Virus record (IMG/VR): IMGVR_UViG_3300003154_000001
Direction: 5' to 3' (one strand)
Length of the DNA: 64,000 bases
DNA from: a virus
In this document: positions 31,733 through 41,582 of the stretch, one piece after another
Layout: every line of letters begins with the position of its first letter
How positions within the stretch are numbered: the first letter of the stretch is position 1
Notes under the pieces: generated by a model
Database searches by the model: none
The model's input: only the letters and a program-made list of their open reading frames with translations
Told to the model about the DNA's origin: nothing
Translations under genes and position numbers: made by a program

Positions 31733-32258
31733 AGACTTAATACTTATTGTGCCTCAAGATAAGAATCTTTCTGTTAGAAAACGAGTAGAAGCATTATCAG
31801 AAGGATCGTGGACAATCCCACAGCAACTATTACAGGAAATACAAGCAACAGACATTGTTGATAATTTAACTACTAATATAAAAATTACTTTAAAAGAACA
31901 AATTGAAAAATTAAATAAACTAATAACTGAAAAATATGCTGAGACTCCGGATATAAGAGATTTATTTTTAGAATACTTACCGAGTACATATGGAGCTTAT
32001 CAGCATTGGACAAAAAAAGAGGGTTGGGAAGAAGCGGTAATGGAAAAAATTCGTTCTTCATATATATTTAGTAAAGAACGAAGAACAGCGGTTATTGATA
32101 TTATATATCAGAAAGCCATTACTAAAGGGGATATGAAGGCAGCCGAGCTATTCTGTAAATTATCTGGTGATTTAGATACTGGAAAGAATCCCAAAGCCTC
32201 TAAAGAGATTGAAGATTACAGAAACTATAATAGCATCCTTCATAATAAGAAGAAATAA
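31707..32258 (+). CDS. hypothetical protein (small-terminase candidate by position only)
   Basis: 183-aa ORF immediately upstream of the large terminase. Confidence 0.45.
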   Translation: METSDLKSKDLILIVPQDKNLSVRKRVEALSEGSWTIPQQLLQEIQATDIVDNLTTNIKITLKEQIEKLNKLITEKYAETPDIRDLFLEYLPSTYGAYQHWTKKEGWEEAVMEKIRSSYIFSKERRTAVIDIIYQKAITKGDMKAAELFCKLSGDLDTGKNPKASKEIEDYRNYNSILHNKKK

Positions 32259-32260
32259 TT

Positions 32261-33742
32261 ATGCCGGTAGGATTTGGTGAACCTCTTAAAATACACGAAT
32301 TGAATATCGAAGGTTTAGTAGAAGAATTTGCTAAACGAGGTTTGACTACCACCACTTCTAAAATTCAAACTTTACATCCTGCACAAAAAGAAATTTGTAG
32401 TGATGAGGCCAGATTTAAAGTATTAGCATGTGGCAGACGATTTGGTAAGTCATTATTTGTTACTTTGATTGCAATGGCAGTTGCATTACAGCCAGGACGT
32501 AAAATTTGGATAGTAGGAGATTCATATGAAATAACTGATAGAGTATTTGCGGAACTCTATCATTTACTTGTTAATGAAATGAAACTTGCGGTTGCTTCTA
32601 AGGGAGGCGGAGCAAGTAAATTACATAGATATATCAATCTTCCTAATGGAAGCGTTATACAAGGAAAGTCATGTGAAAATAGAAATTCTCTAGTTGGTGA
32701 AGCAATTGATTTACTTATTTGGGATGAGTGCAGCTTAGTATCAAATGGAAAAGATATTTGGAACCAGGAATTAAGAGCCACATTAGCAGATAGAGAAGGA
32801 TCCGCAATCTTTATATCAACTCCTCGTGGACGTAATCATTTTTATGATTTTTATCTCTTAGGCAAGAATGGTATAGATTTAAGACAGCAAAAAGCAGAGG
32901 GCAGGCAGTTAACTGATATTGAAGAAGTAACATCAATGTGGTCAGGATTTCAATTTAGTTCATATTGTAATACTATTGAAAATGGAGGATTTCTTAAAAG
33001 ATCAGAATTTGATTCTATGCGGCTTTCTATGCCAGATGTTAAATTTAGACAAGAAGTTATGGCAGATTTTACCGCAGTAGCAGATAGTGCATTTCCAGAA
33101 TTTAAACAAGATGCTCAAGTAAATGATTATGATTTTAATCCAATTCTTCCAGTTTATATAGGAATGGATTTTAACTATCAGACTCCTTGTACCACGCTAT
33201 ATGTTCAGATGGATCCGAATCAAAATATATTAATCTTTGATGAGTATCATCCATTAGATGCACATACAACGGTACATCAACAAGCGAAACAATTATTAGA
33301 ACAAGATCAAAAATTAGGGAATAAAATTGAAATTGTTGCTGCTGACGTTTCAGGAGCACAAAAAAGTTTAAATGGTCGTAGTGCATGGGATGATCTAGCA
33401 GATTGGGGGATTTACCCAGTAGGAAGAAAACAAAAGATAGAAACAGGATGCGATTTAATTAGATTGTGGTGTGCATATCCAAAATTAGATGAAAATGGTT
33501 TACCTGTTTTTGATTCTAAGGGAAATCCAGAAACATATCCCAAATTATTTATTAATAAAAGGTGCAGAAACTTAATCTTAGCATTAGAAGCTGCTAGGGC
33601 ACCTGAAGCACAATCAGGAGTACCAAAAGAAGGTTATAAGAAAGATGGTATAACAGATGGTCCCCTGGATGCATTAAGATATATTCTAGTATATTTATTA
33701 CATGGAACAACACAAGCAGGATTAGTTCCTGCAGGATTATAA
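32261..33742 (+). CDS. terL: terminase large subunit
   Basis: Walker A LACGRRFGKS, Walker B LLIWDE, and a C-terminal nuclease-sized half (GMDFNY...DGPLDALRY). 493 aa. Confidence 0.85.
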   Translation: MPVGFGEPLKIHELNIEGLVEEFAKRGLTTTTSKIQTLHPAQKEICSDEARFKVLACGRRFGKSLFVTLIAMAVALQPGRKIWIVGDSYEITDRVFAELYHLLVNEMKLAVASKGGGASKLHRYINLPNGSVIQGKSCENRNSLVGEAIDLLIWDECSLVSNGKDIWNQELRATLADREGSAIFISTPRGRNHFYDFYLLGKNGIDLRQQKAEGRQLTDIEEVTSMWSGFQFSSYCNTIENGGFLKRSEFDSMRLSMPDVKFRQEVMADFTAVADSAFPEFKQDAQVNDYDFNPILPVYIGMDFNYQTPCTTLYVQMDPNQNILIFDEYHPLDAHTTVHQQAKQLLEQDQKLGNKIEIVAADVSGAQKSLNGRSAWDDLADWGIYPVGRKQKIETGCDLIRLWCAYPKLDENGLPVFDSKGNPETYPKLFINKRCRNLILALEAARAPEAQSGVPKEGYKKDGITDGPLDALRYILVYLLHGTTQAGLVPAGL

Positions 33743-33766
33743 GATTAGCACAGTAAAGGAAAGACA

Positions 33767-34090
33767 ATGGGCGATAATATAATTGATAATAGAAAATCTA
33801 TTCGTCAGAGAATGGATCTAACCGCTCTTCACAAAACAAAACTATTGGATGCCGTAACTGTTACTATAGATACAGTCCGTTTGGACATTGTAGCACATAT
33901 AGTTTCCGTGGATCTTGGATCTATGACAGCAAATATAGAAGGATCAATAGATGGCGTTACATTTTTTACTCTGGCAGCAGGAGCAACTTTACAAAAGACC
34001 TATGGTAAAAATGCAGCAGAACATTTAGTGAAGTGGGTTAGAATTACCTGTACAGCAGGTTCGGATAAAGCAACTATAATTGCGGTGTAA
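33767..34090 (+). CDS. hypothetical beta-rich protein
   Basis: 107-aa ORF. AAAGGAAAG lies upstream. Confidence 0.55.
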   Translation: MGDNIIDNRKSIRQRMDLTALHKTKLLDAVTVTIDTVRLDIVAHIVSVDLGSMTANIEGSIDGVTFFTLAAGATLQKTYGKNAAEHLVKWVRITCTAGSDKATIIAV

Positions 34091-34091
34091 T

Positions 34092-34319
34092 ATGTCAGAT
34101 CCAATCCCCAAACTTATTAAATATTGGGGCGGACGCTTTCGCCTGATAATCGAAAATCTTCCTGAATCTATTAGGAACGATAAAGATCTACATGCGAAAG
34201 TATTAATATTAGTACATCATAAATTTAAGAATTATCCGTGGGGAACAATGCTTCCTGAACAAAGACTAGATGAAATTAATAATTATGTATATAGTCTTTT
34301 GGAAGAATATTTTAATTAA
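34092..34319 (+). CDS. hypothetical protein
   Basis: Start moved to the ATG at 34092, directly after the upstream TAA. Confidence 0.55.
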   Translation: MSDPIPKLIKYWGGRFRLIIENLPESIRNDKDLHAKVLILVHHKFKNYPWGTMLPEQRLDEINNYVYSLLEEYFN

Positions 34320-34331
34320 TTGGAGTGCAAG

Positions 34332-34607
34332 ATGGCAAAAGTATTAAAAAGTCGTGGAATCAGCAAAAAAGTACAAGGTATTCCAAAGAGTAGTTTGCCA
34401 GATAAAGCTGATGATCTTAAGAGACCTCAACCAACTATGGAAACTGTTGGTGTAGGAAGTGCTCATACATTAGCAAAACTACGTTTGGATGCCGCTAGAA
34501 TTAGAGCTGAAAAGAAAATTCCTGGAAATTTAGGATATCAAACAAATCTTGGACCTGGCAAAGAGCATGCTAAGTCAGTTCAAGGAAAGAAAAAAGAGAA
34601 AAAGTAA
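34332..34607 (+). CDS. hypothetical basic protein
   Basis: Start moved to the ATG at 34332, behind GGAG. Confidence 0.5.
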   Translation: MAKVLKSRGISKKVQGIPKSSLPDKADDLKRPQPTMETVGVGSAHTLAKLRLDAARIRAEKKIPGNLGYQTNLGPGKEHAKSVQGKKKEKK

Positions 34608-34789
34608 TGTCAGAAAAATCTAGGGATAATTTTAAAAAGAAATTCAAGGTAAAAGATAGTCATAGTGAAATATTAGGTTCAAAATACCATAATTTCGATG
34701 ATGCTAAAAATATCCTTGAAAACTTACGTAAGTTGAATGAAACCAAAAAACAAACAAATAAGAAATTAGACAAGTCAAGGAGTAAATAA
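34607..34789 (+). CDS. hypothetical basic protein
   Basis: 60-aa ORF with a TAATG junction. Confidence 0.5.
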   Translation: MSEKSRDNFKKKFKVKDSHSEILGSKYHNFDDAKNILENLRKLNETKKQTNKKLDKSRSK

Positions 34790-34790
34790 C

Positions 34791-35714
34791 ATGGGATTCA
34801 CAAGAAGAATCATTCAACGTATTCACTCATTGTGGGAAAAAATAACTGATAGACCCTTCTATAAAGAGAAAATTTCGAAGAAAGATCAAATTCTTCAGAG
34901 TTCTCCTAAAGCTTATGGACTAGTTAGGGGCCTAAAGTATCGTCAGGCAGCAGATTTTGGAGCAGATACCTTCTCCTCTAAAATGGAAGTTGCTTGGGAA
35001 TGCGATGTTGATATTGAAAGAGTGGACTTCGGGGCTGGTAGTTATGGCCTTAGAGTTACTCTTCCCTCAAGTGCATACGTTCTAGCAAGAGGAGTACATG
35101 CCCAAGATCAATTTAGAGTTCTTGAGCTGTCCTCAGCTCGTGCAAATCAAAGTTTTGAATTCATTTCCGAAGCAAATGTTGGAGATGTAGCCGCTGGTAA
35201 AATTAGGATAGTGAGCAGCACAGTATGGAGACTTCCAGATAATACTATAATAGTTCCGGCTGTTGCAGCTACTGGCGATATTACTCTAGATTCTGCATTT
35301 GTTGGAGCCGATCTAGTAGATGGCGATACTATTACTATAGATGATGGAACAAATCCTGCCGTTACATTTGAATTCGATGATGGATTGGGCGGAGGAGTAG
35401 GTCCAGGTAATGTAGCAGTTCTTTTCGCTCCTGCAGATACCGCAGCAGATATTAGAGATGCATTAATTGCAGCAATAAATGGAGTAGGAGCTGGACTAGA
35501 AATTACAGCTTCTCCAGGTACAGGACTTAATCCTAGTGTTGAACTAGTGAATGATACTCCTGGTGTTGCAGGAAATGTAGCTATAACAAAATTAGTTACA
35601 GATCCAGATCTAACCGTAGCGGGCATGTCAGGCGGTGCTGACGCTTATAATGCTTGGGTAGATGAACTCGGAGATAGAATTCGAGTAGAGATAGGTGCAG
35701 GCGTTCGTGATTAA
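34791..35714 (+). CDS. structural-module protein with a Gly/Ala/Asp-rich repeat-like C-terminal half
   Basis: 307 aa. Contains GDTITIDDGTNPAVTFEFDDGLGGG...AADIRDALIAAINGVGAGLEITASPG. Locally GC-rich. Confidence 0.6.
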   Translation: MGFTRRIIQRIHSLWEKITDRPFYKEKISKKDQILQSSPKAYGLVRGLKYRQAADFGADTFSSKMEVAWECDVDIERVDFGAGSYGLRVTLPSSAYVLARGVHAQDQFRVLELSSARANQSFEFISEANVGDVAAGKIRIVSSTVWRLPDNTIIVPAVAATGDITLDSAFVGADLVDGDTITIDDGTNPAVTFEFDDGLGGGVGPGNVAVLFAPADTAADIRDALIAAINGVGAGLEITASPGTGLNPSVELVNDTPGVAGNVAITKLVTDPDLTVAGMSGGADAYNAWVDELGDRIRVEIGAGVRD

Positions 35715-35748
35715 TTGATATATCAATTATTAATAGGAGTAAATTAAA

Positions 35749-35931
35749 ATGGCAGAACTTAAAAGTAACGCAAAGAAAGTACCGGAGAGTTCTCCTTCTC
35801 TTAAATCCAGGGGTTTCAGAATAAAGAGCAAAAAGATGATTCCTGGTCAAGAGGAAGAGGCCGACAAGAAAGTTTCCAAGAAGCTTGATGAAGCTTTTGA
35901 AGGAAAAGATAAACCCGGTAAAGTTGAGTAA
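35749..35931 (+). CDS. hypothetical lysine-rich protein
   Basis: 60-aa ORF. Confidence 0.5.
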   Translation: MAELKSNAKKVPESSPSLKSRGFRIKSKKMIPGQEEEADKKVSKKLDEAFEGKDKPGKVE

Positions 35932-35997
35932 TTAGAAAAGCTTAGGGGGAGCATCTTTAATTAGGTGCTTCCCCAAAAGCATTTTAGAGGAGTACCT

Positions 35998-37920
35998 GTG
36001 AGTTTCAATCTAGGAGTACAAAATTATCCTGGTGGATATCTAGGTGGATTCGGTTTTGGAACAGTTGGTATATATCTGTATGAGGATATTTACTATAGAC
36101 AGTGGATTACTGAAATCGCCCTAGCATTCTACGAAGGTCGTCAGGATGAATTTGTTTGGTTGGATTTGCTAAAACAGTTCAGAAATCCTGAAAAACAGCA
36201 AATTCTACCTTTAAATTTTACAAAAGAAATTATTGATGAAACTTCTATTATGTATAGGGAACCTCCTATATATAAAGTAGTAGATGAAGAAACTGGGGAA
36301 TTGTTAGAAGAAGATCAAAAACTTTGGACAAAAATTCAAAAGCAAAGTCGTTATCTTCAGATAATGGATAAGTTAGATAGATGGTGTAAATTACTTGGTA
36401 CAGTATTAGTTAAAGTATCATTTATTAATGACTCTGGAGAAATGGTAAAGAAGACGGAACCTGGAAGAGTACAATTAGATGTGCTTCATGGCGGAGTCTA
36501 CGATGTTAAATATATATCCAGTCCATTTTATATATCTGAGTTATTGATAGGATTTGGTCAGGGATTTGCCGGATTTAATAGAGGTGCAGGTCCATTAGGA
36601 ATGGGTAGACGTGGTGGATATGTAACAGGAATAGGTGCTAATGCCGTTGGTGGACATCAGAACAATCCTGCTACAGTTCATGGACAAATTACTGAAATTT
36701 ATTGGTCACCCACTCAACATCGTGTGGTTTCTGTAAAACAAGAAAATGAAAAGACATCAGAAGAACTTATTCATGAAGGAAGTAATCCTTATGGAAGAAT
36801 TCCTGCTGTTCCATTTTTTAATGCAGAACCAGCACATTATTATTTCTTGCCTATAAATGAGCCTCTTATTTACGCAAATCATGCGTTGAATATGAGATTG
36901 ACAGATCTTAACCATATTGCTAAGTTTCAATCTTTTGGAATACCAGTCCTGAGTGGAGTTGAAAGAGGAACTTCAATAAGACGTGGAAGACCTGTTGATG
37001 ATTTTAACTTCTTTAGGGCAGGGTCTGCTTCTCGATCACAGATGGGCGGATTTGCTAGGTTTGGTCAAGGTGCTCAACATAGAACATTTGATAATGCTTT
37101 TGCTTCATTTGCAGATGGAAATGCTGATGCTAATGCGGTTGGAATGAGTATAGGTCCAGATACAGCTATAGCAGTTGGAGAAAAGGGAGATTTCAAGTTT
37201 GCATCACCTAATGCAGATATTCAAGGTTTAGCAAAGACAATTCAACAGATTCAGGATTGGGTTCGTATAAATCATGGATTAATGCCCAAGGGATCCTCAG
37301 ATATGCTTTCTATGGCAGAATCCGGATTTAGTAAAATGATATCTAAAATAGGTGTTATTGAAGAGAATATTAAGAGACAAAAGTTATTTAGAGAACGTGA
37401 GCAACAGTTATTTGAGACGATAAAAACACTGTGGAATGTTCATAATGATGGAGAAAAAGGACAGAAATTTAGTGAAACAGCTACTTTAGATATAACTTAT
37501 ATGGAACCTCAATTTCCTACAGATCCATTGACTAAAACTAATTTAATTGAAGCAGAACGAAAGATTATTGAATCTGGTGACAAAAGAGCAATAAAAGCAC
37601 TATTTAAGCATTTAGATGATAGACAAATAGAAGATCTGATTAATAAATATCATGAAGATAGAAAAGAACAGTTAGTACGTGAAATGGAATTGTTACAGCA
37701 TAAGAATGAAAAAATGAAAGAGTTTGGTTTAGATCAAATAATGGGAATGGATGGAAATCCTTTACAGCCTGCGATGGGAGCAGACCAAAAGGTATCTAAG
37801 CAAGATAATCGTCAGAAACATTCCGAGAATAGTTCTAAACAGTTTAAACGAAATTTAGACATGAGGAAAACACCAAAAGCGGAGAGAGCCAATCGTCCGG
37901 ATAAGAAGGTAGTAGACTAA
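35998..37920 (+). CDS. portal protein (by size and position)
   Basis: About 640 aa, the largest ORF between the terminase and scaffold/capsid genes. Start moved to the GTG at 35998, 6 nt behind GAGGAG. Confidence 0.6.
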   Translation: MSFNLGVQNYPGGYLGGFGFGTVGIYLYEDIYYRQWITEIALAFYEGRQDEFVWLDLLKQFRNPEKQQILPLNFTKEIIDETSIMYREPPIYKVVDEETGELLEEDQKLWTKIQKQSRYLQIMDKLDRWCKLLGTVLVKVSFINDSGEMVKKTEPGRVQLDVLHGGVYDVKYISSPFYISELLIGFGQGFAGFNRGAGPLGMGRRGGYVTGIGANAVGGHQNNPATVHGQITEIYWSPTQHRVVSVKQENEKTSEELIHEGSNPYGRIPAVPFFNAEPAHYYFLPINEPLIYANHALNMRLTDLNHIAKFQSFGIPVLSGVERGTSIRRGRPVDDFNFFRAGSASRSQMGGFARFGQGAQHRTFDNAFASFADGNADANAVGMSIGPDTAIAVGEKGDFKFASPNADIQGLAKTIQQIQDWVRINHGLMPKGSSDMLSMAESGFSKMISKIGVIEENIKRQKLFREREQQLFETIKTLWNVHNDGEKGQKFSETATLDITYMEPQFPTDPLTKTNLIEAERKIIESGDKRAIKALFKHLDDRQIEDLINKYHEDRKEQLVREMELLQHKNEKMKEFGLDQIMGMDGNPLQPAMGADQKVSKQDNRQKHSENSSKQFKRNLDMRKTPKAERANRPDKKVVD

Positions 37921-37943
37921 CGATTGACTAAAGGGAGAATTGC

Positions 37944-38285
37944 ATGAATACTATAACTAGAAGTACATTTAGCTTAGTTTTAGACCTTATCGCTCCAGAC
38001 CTATCATTTAGTTTAGTGATGGGAGTTGATAAGCAAACAGCACTGAAAGAACATAAGAAATGGATGTCTAAAATTAAAAAACAGGAATGGATAGACCTTC
38101 CTGCAGATGTGCCTGTATGTATAAATACAAAGGCCATCATAGCCCTACGTGTTGTAGAGATCAAACCAGAAGAAGAACGCAAGCACCAAATGGCAAATAA
38201 CCCAGTTGTAAATCAATTTATTGATAATGCAAATGGACTTGCCAATAAAATAGTCTCTGAAAACACAGATATGGGCTATAAATAA
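37944..38285 (+). CDS. hypothetical protein
   Basis: 113-aa ORF. AAGGGAG lies upstream. Confidence 0.55.
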   Translation: MNTITRSTFSLVLDLIAPDLSFSLVMGVDKQTALKEHKKWMSKIKKQEWIDLPADVPVCINTKAIIALRVVEIKPEEERKHQMANNPVVNQFIDNANGLANKIVSENTDMGYK

Positions 38286-38344
38286 AGATCCTAAGTTGAA
38301 CTTAGGTAGGTTAATATAAACCGGGTAGAACCCAAGGAGTAATT

Positions 38345-39238
38345 ATGCCGAAACCAGGCGACAATCTTAACAAAGTATTTGGAACAAAGGACAAAGATCA
38401 GAAAGCTGCTGAGAACAAAATAGATGAAGTCCAGAAAACAGCGGAAGAAATTGTTGAAAAACTTGATGAAGTAAAAGATGAAATGGCTGCGGAAACTTCA
38501 GAGGTTGAGCCAACTGAAGATTCAGTGGATACAAAAATTGATAAAAAAGACGATCCATATGCAGAATGGACTAAGGAACAACTCGCAAAAGAAATGTCAG
38601 ATGCTCGTAAAGAGGCTGCTAAAAATAGAGTTGCTCTTAAAGAAACAGAAAAGGTTCTTCAGCAAGACTATGATAAGAAGTTGAAAGACCTTGAGCAAAG
38701 ATTCGCACCTTATATTGAACAAGCACAAGAGTATAAGAAAGTTCAAGAAAAAGAAGCGGATAAAAAGCGCAGCTTAGAGGAAAAACTTGCACATAGAGAA
38801 ACTAGAGTCAATGAATTGGTGCAGGAAAAAGAAGAAATAGAAGCCAAGTTCCAAGAAGAGAAAATAAAACTTCAAGCAGAGCTTGAAAAGAAGAGTGCCG
38901 AATTAGAGGCGTACAATAGTTACTGGAAGGAACAGTTAACAAAAGAGTTAACAGAAGTTCCCCAGAAACACAAGAAGTTGGCGGAACTAATTGTCAAGGG
39001 AGCAGGAGAAGATCCTAAAGCTGGCCTTGAAGCAATTAGAGAAGCAAAAACCAACGATTTGTTTGGAACCAAGAAAGTAACTGTATATAATGCTACTCCA
39101 ACCGCTAAAGATGGAGCAAGGTTGGATGCAGCCAAAGCACAGAAGGCCAATTCTTCTACAGCGACAACTCCAAAACAAAAGATAGGAGAAGGTCTTAAAG
39201 GATGGAAAGCCAAACAAAAAAGTAGGATTCTTGGATAA
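38345..39238 (+). CDS. scaffolding protein (by composition and position)
   Basis: 297 aa, E/K-rich with coiled-coil character. Immediately upstream of the capsid gene. Confidence 0.6.
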   Translation: MPKPGDNLNKVFGTKDKDQKAAENKIDEVQKTAEEIVEKLDEVKDEMAAETSEVEPTEDSVDTKIDKKDDPYAEWTKEQLAKEMSDARKEAAKNRVALKETEKVLQQDYDKKLKDLEQRFAPYIEQAQEYKKVQEKEADKKRSLEEKLAHRETRVNELVQEKEEIEAKFQEEKIKLQAELEKKSAELEAYNSYWKEQLTKELTEVPQKHKKLAELIVKGAGEDPKAGLEAIREAKTNDLFGTKKVTVYNATPTAKDGARLDAAKAQKANSSTATTPKQKIGEGLKGWKAKQKSRILG

Positions 39239-39273
39239 ATTGATTGATTAATTTTTTAAGGAGATAATTCACA

Positions 39274-40641
39274 ATGGCTCAAGTTATTACACTTTCAGAA
39301 GCTGCCAAGCTGTCAAACAATCTACTTGTTGAAGGCGTTATTGAAGATATTATAACGATAAATGAGTGGTATAGACATCTCCCATTCGTGGTGTTTGAGG
39401 GTCTTGCCTACACATTTACAAGAGAAAAAACGATAGCTAAGGCTGCGTTTGCAGCTCCGGGAACGAACCTTAATGATCTGAAGTATCAGAAGGGTGCAAC
39501 GATGCAGAATGTTAACGTATCGTTGGCTGCAATAATCGGCGACATAATCATGGACGGACAAATCGAAGATCAGTTGTCAGATCATAATGATCAGCTTCAG
39601 GTTCAGATTTCTTCAAAGGCGAAAGATATCGCCCGTACGTACATGAATGCGATAATTAATGGTAAGAGATATCCTGGTGGTCCACTTGTTCAGTCGAACA
39701 ACGGTCCGATAGGCATCGAAGCTAAGTTTGATGGTATGAAAGCCATCCTTGATGCAGAACAGGGTAACGTAGACGACGTAAATCATCCGTTCTATAATGC
39801 GGGTTCTTCAACCCAGACATTAGAATTGATTGAGGACGATCCTGCGTCAACAAGGTCAGGTAGATACGGTAGAGTATTCACTCTTGAAGATCTTGATAGT
39901 TTGATTGATAGAGTTACTACTGGAAAGCCCGATTTCTTAATGATGCATGCTAGAGACATCAGAACCTTGAGAGTTCTCTTGAGGAATACTGGTGGTGGAA
40001 CTGATGCATATCAGATTCAGCAGGTTGGCCTTGGTAATATGAAACCCATGCTGATGTACCAGGAAATCCCGGTGTTCAGAAATGATTTCATTTCTAAGAC
40101 AGAACCCGTTCATCTAATCGACAGTGGCGTAGTGGCTGCGGCTGGTGCTGCTTCTATTACTACTGCTGAAGATTATTCAGGCGGATTGCCTGCGGCTCTC
40201 ACAGCCGGTATAGCTGCTGGCACAGCAGTTTGTATCGTCAGGGGCGATGATCTGATATTGAGAAAGTATATAATCACTGCGGCAACAGTAGCGAATCCTT
40301 CAGTATTGACGGTTACCGCTACAGGGTCATTCCTTGATGTTGAAAACAACATTCTTGAAGCACAGGTTGCACCAAACTTTGCAGGACTAAATCTTGCTGG
40401 TAAGGACTATGCGATATATGAAAGATCCGATGGATCAGAAATATACGTTGGTCGTTGGGGCGAAATGGAAGGCGTTGTTGGATTTACATCAGCTAATGAT
40501 GCTGGCGTAGTGTTTGAATTTGTTGGTCCGAGAGAAAACGAGAATGCCTATCAATATAGGTTGAAATGGTATTGCGGATTCGATCTGTACAACAGACTAG
40601 CATTAGCTAGGATCAAATATGCTCTTCCGTTAGGAGCGTAA
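39274..40641 (+). CDS. major capsid protein
   Basis: 455 aa. Strong RBS AAGGAGA, higher GC and codon bias than its neighbours, follows the scaffold gene, and is followed by a strong hairpin. Confidence 0.7.
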   Translation: MAQVITLSEAAKLSNNLLVEGVIEDIITINEWYRHLPFVVFEGLAYTFTREKTIAKAAFAAPGTNLNDLKYQKGATMQNVNVSLAAIIGDIIMDGQIEDQLSDHNDQLQVQISSKAKDIARTYMNAIINGKRYPGGPLVQSNNGPIGIEAKFDGMKAILDAEQGNVDDVNHPFYNAGSSTQTLELIEDDPASTRSGRYGRVFTLEDLDSLIDRVTTGKPDFLMMHARDIRTLRVLLRNTGGGTDAYQIQQVGLGNMKPMLMYQEIPVFRNDFISKTEPVHLIDSGVVAAAGAASITTAEDYSGGLPAALTAGIAAGTAVCIVRGDDLILRKYIITAATVANPSVLTVTATGSFLDVENNILEAQVAPNFAGLNLAGKDYAIYERSDGSEIYVGRWGEMEGVVGFTSANDAGVVFEFVGPRENENAYQYRLKWYCGFDLYNRLALARIKYALPLGA

Positions 40642-40667
40642 TCGCTAGTTAGAAATTTAGGAATATA

Positions 40668-40689
40668 GGGGGAGTTTAACGACTCCCCC
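40668..40689 (+). terminator. hairpin GGGGGAGT-ttaacg-ACTCCCCC downstream of the capsid gene
   Basis: Perfect 8-bp G/C-rich stem. The trailing tract ATTCCTAT is only moderately T-rich. Confidence 0.55.
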
Positions 40690-40716
40690 ATTCCTATAAG
40701 ATAAAGAGGAGAGGAA

Positions 40717-41283
40717 ATGTACTATTCAACAAAAAAACTTAGAGGATCTAAGTCAGACATAAAGTATGTACTTTTAAGACATCCTTTGAAAGTTACTGGT
40801 AATGTATGGGTAATGGGAGTAAAATTTTGTAATGGTTATGGAATCGTTGAAAAAGATTCAAAAGTTCATAAAAATATTGCTAGATCTCCTTTATTTAAAA
40901 AGAGAAAAGAGTTTGGATTAGAGTTTCTGAATAAGGCAGGATTTAGAATAAAAGATGTACTTATGATTTGGGGTAAAGATATTTATTATCATTATCTAGA
41001 TGCCGTAGGACTAAATACGGATCTAACTCCAAAGTCTGGCAAGATAACAGAAGAAATACCTAAAAGTATTGAAGAAGTAAAATTAGAGGATCCCATAGAG
41101 GAAACAGTAGAAATAGCCGATTCTGGATTAACTATAGAGCAAACTATTGAAGCACACAAAGAGTTAGGTTTATGTATTCATGTTAAATCCAAAGGAATTG
41201 TTTGTTCTAATAAAGTAGCTAAACAGAGTAAATCAGGATTTTATTGTTTTGGACATATAAAGTTCGAATCTAAGGAGGAATAA
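40717..41283 (+). CDS. hypothetical protein with a C-terminal Cys/His cluster
   Basis: 188 aa. RBS GAGGAGAGGA. Contains CIHVKSKGIVCSN...YCFGH. Confidence 0.6.
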   Translation: MYYSTKKLRGSKSDIKYVLLRHPLKVTGNVWVMGVKFCNGYGIVEKDSKVHKNIARSPLFKKRKEFGLEFLNKAGFRIKDVLMIWGKDIYYHYLDAVGLNTDLTPKSGKITEEIPKSIEEVKLEDPIEETVEIADSGLTIEQTIEAHKELGLCIHVKSKGIVCSNKVAKQSKSGFYCFGHIKFESKEE

Positions 41284-41285
41284 GC

Positions 41286-41561
41286 ATGTTTATAGTATTT
41301 GATCCGAAGACGTTAATAGTTAATATTAAAGCTGGTGCTTTGGAAAAGTATGAACCCACACCAGAGATAACAGCACTTGTAGAAAAAGCTGAAGCTCTAA
41401 AAGTAAAACGGGATGAAAAACTTAAAGAGTTGCAGAAACAGTTTGATGATTTTACTAAAACTGAAATTGATCCTATAGCAAAAGAAATTCAAAAGGATAT
41501 CACTGCCATTAATCAAAAAACGTATCCTCAACTTGCAGAATTGCAGAAGAAAGCAAGTTAA
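41286..41561 (+). CDS. hypothetical coiled-coil protein
   Basis: 91-aa ORF. Confidence 0.55.
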   Translation: MFIVFDPKTLIVNIKAGALEKYEPTPEITALVEKAEALKVKRDEKLKELQKQFDDFTKTEIDPIAKEIQKDITAINQKTYPQLAELQKKAS

Positions 41562-41582
41562 TTTTACATATAGATAGTCTAC

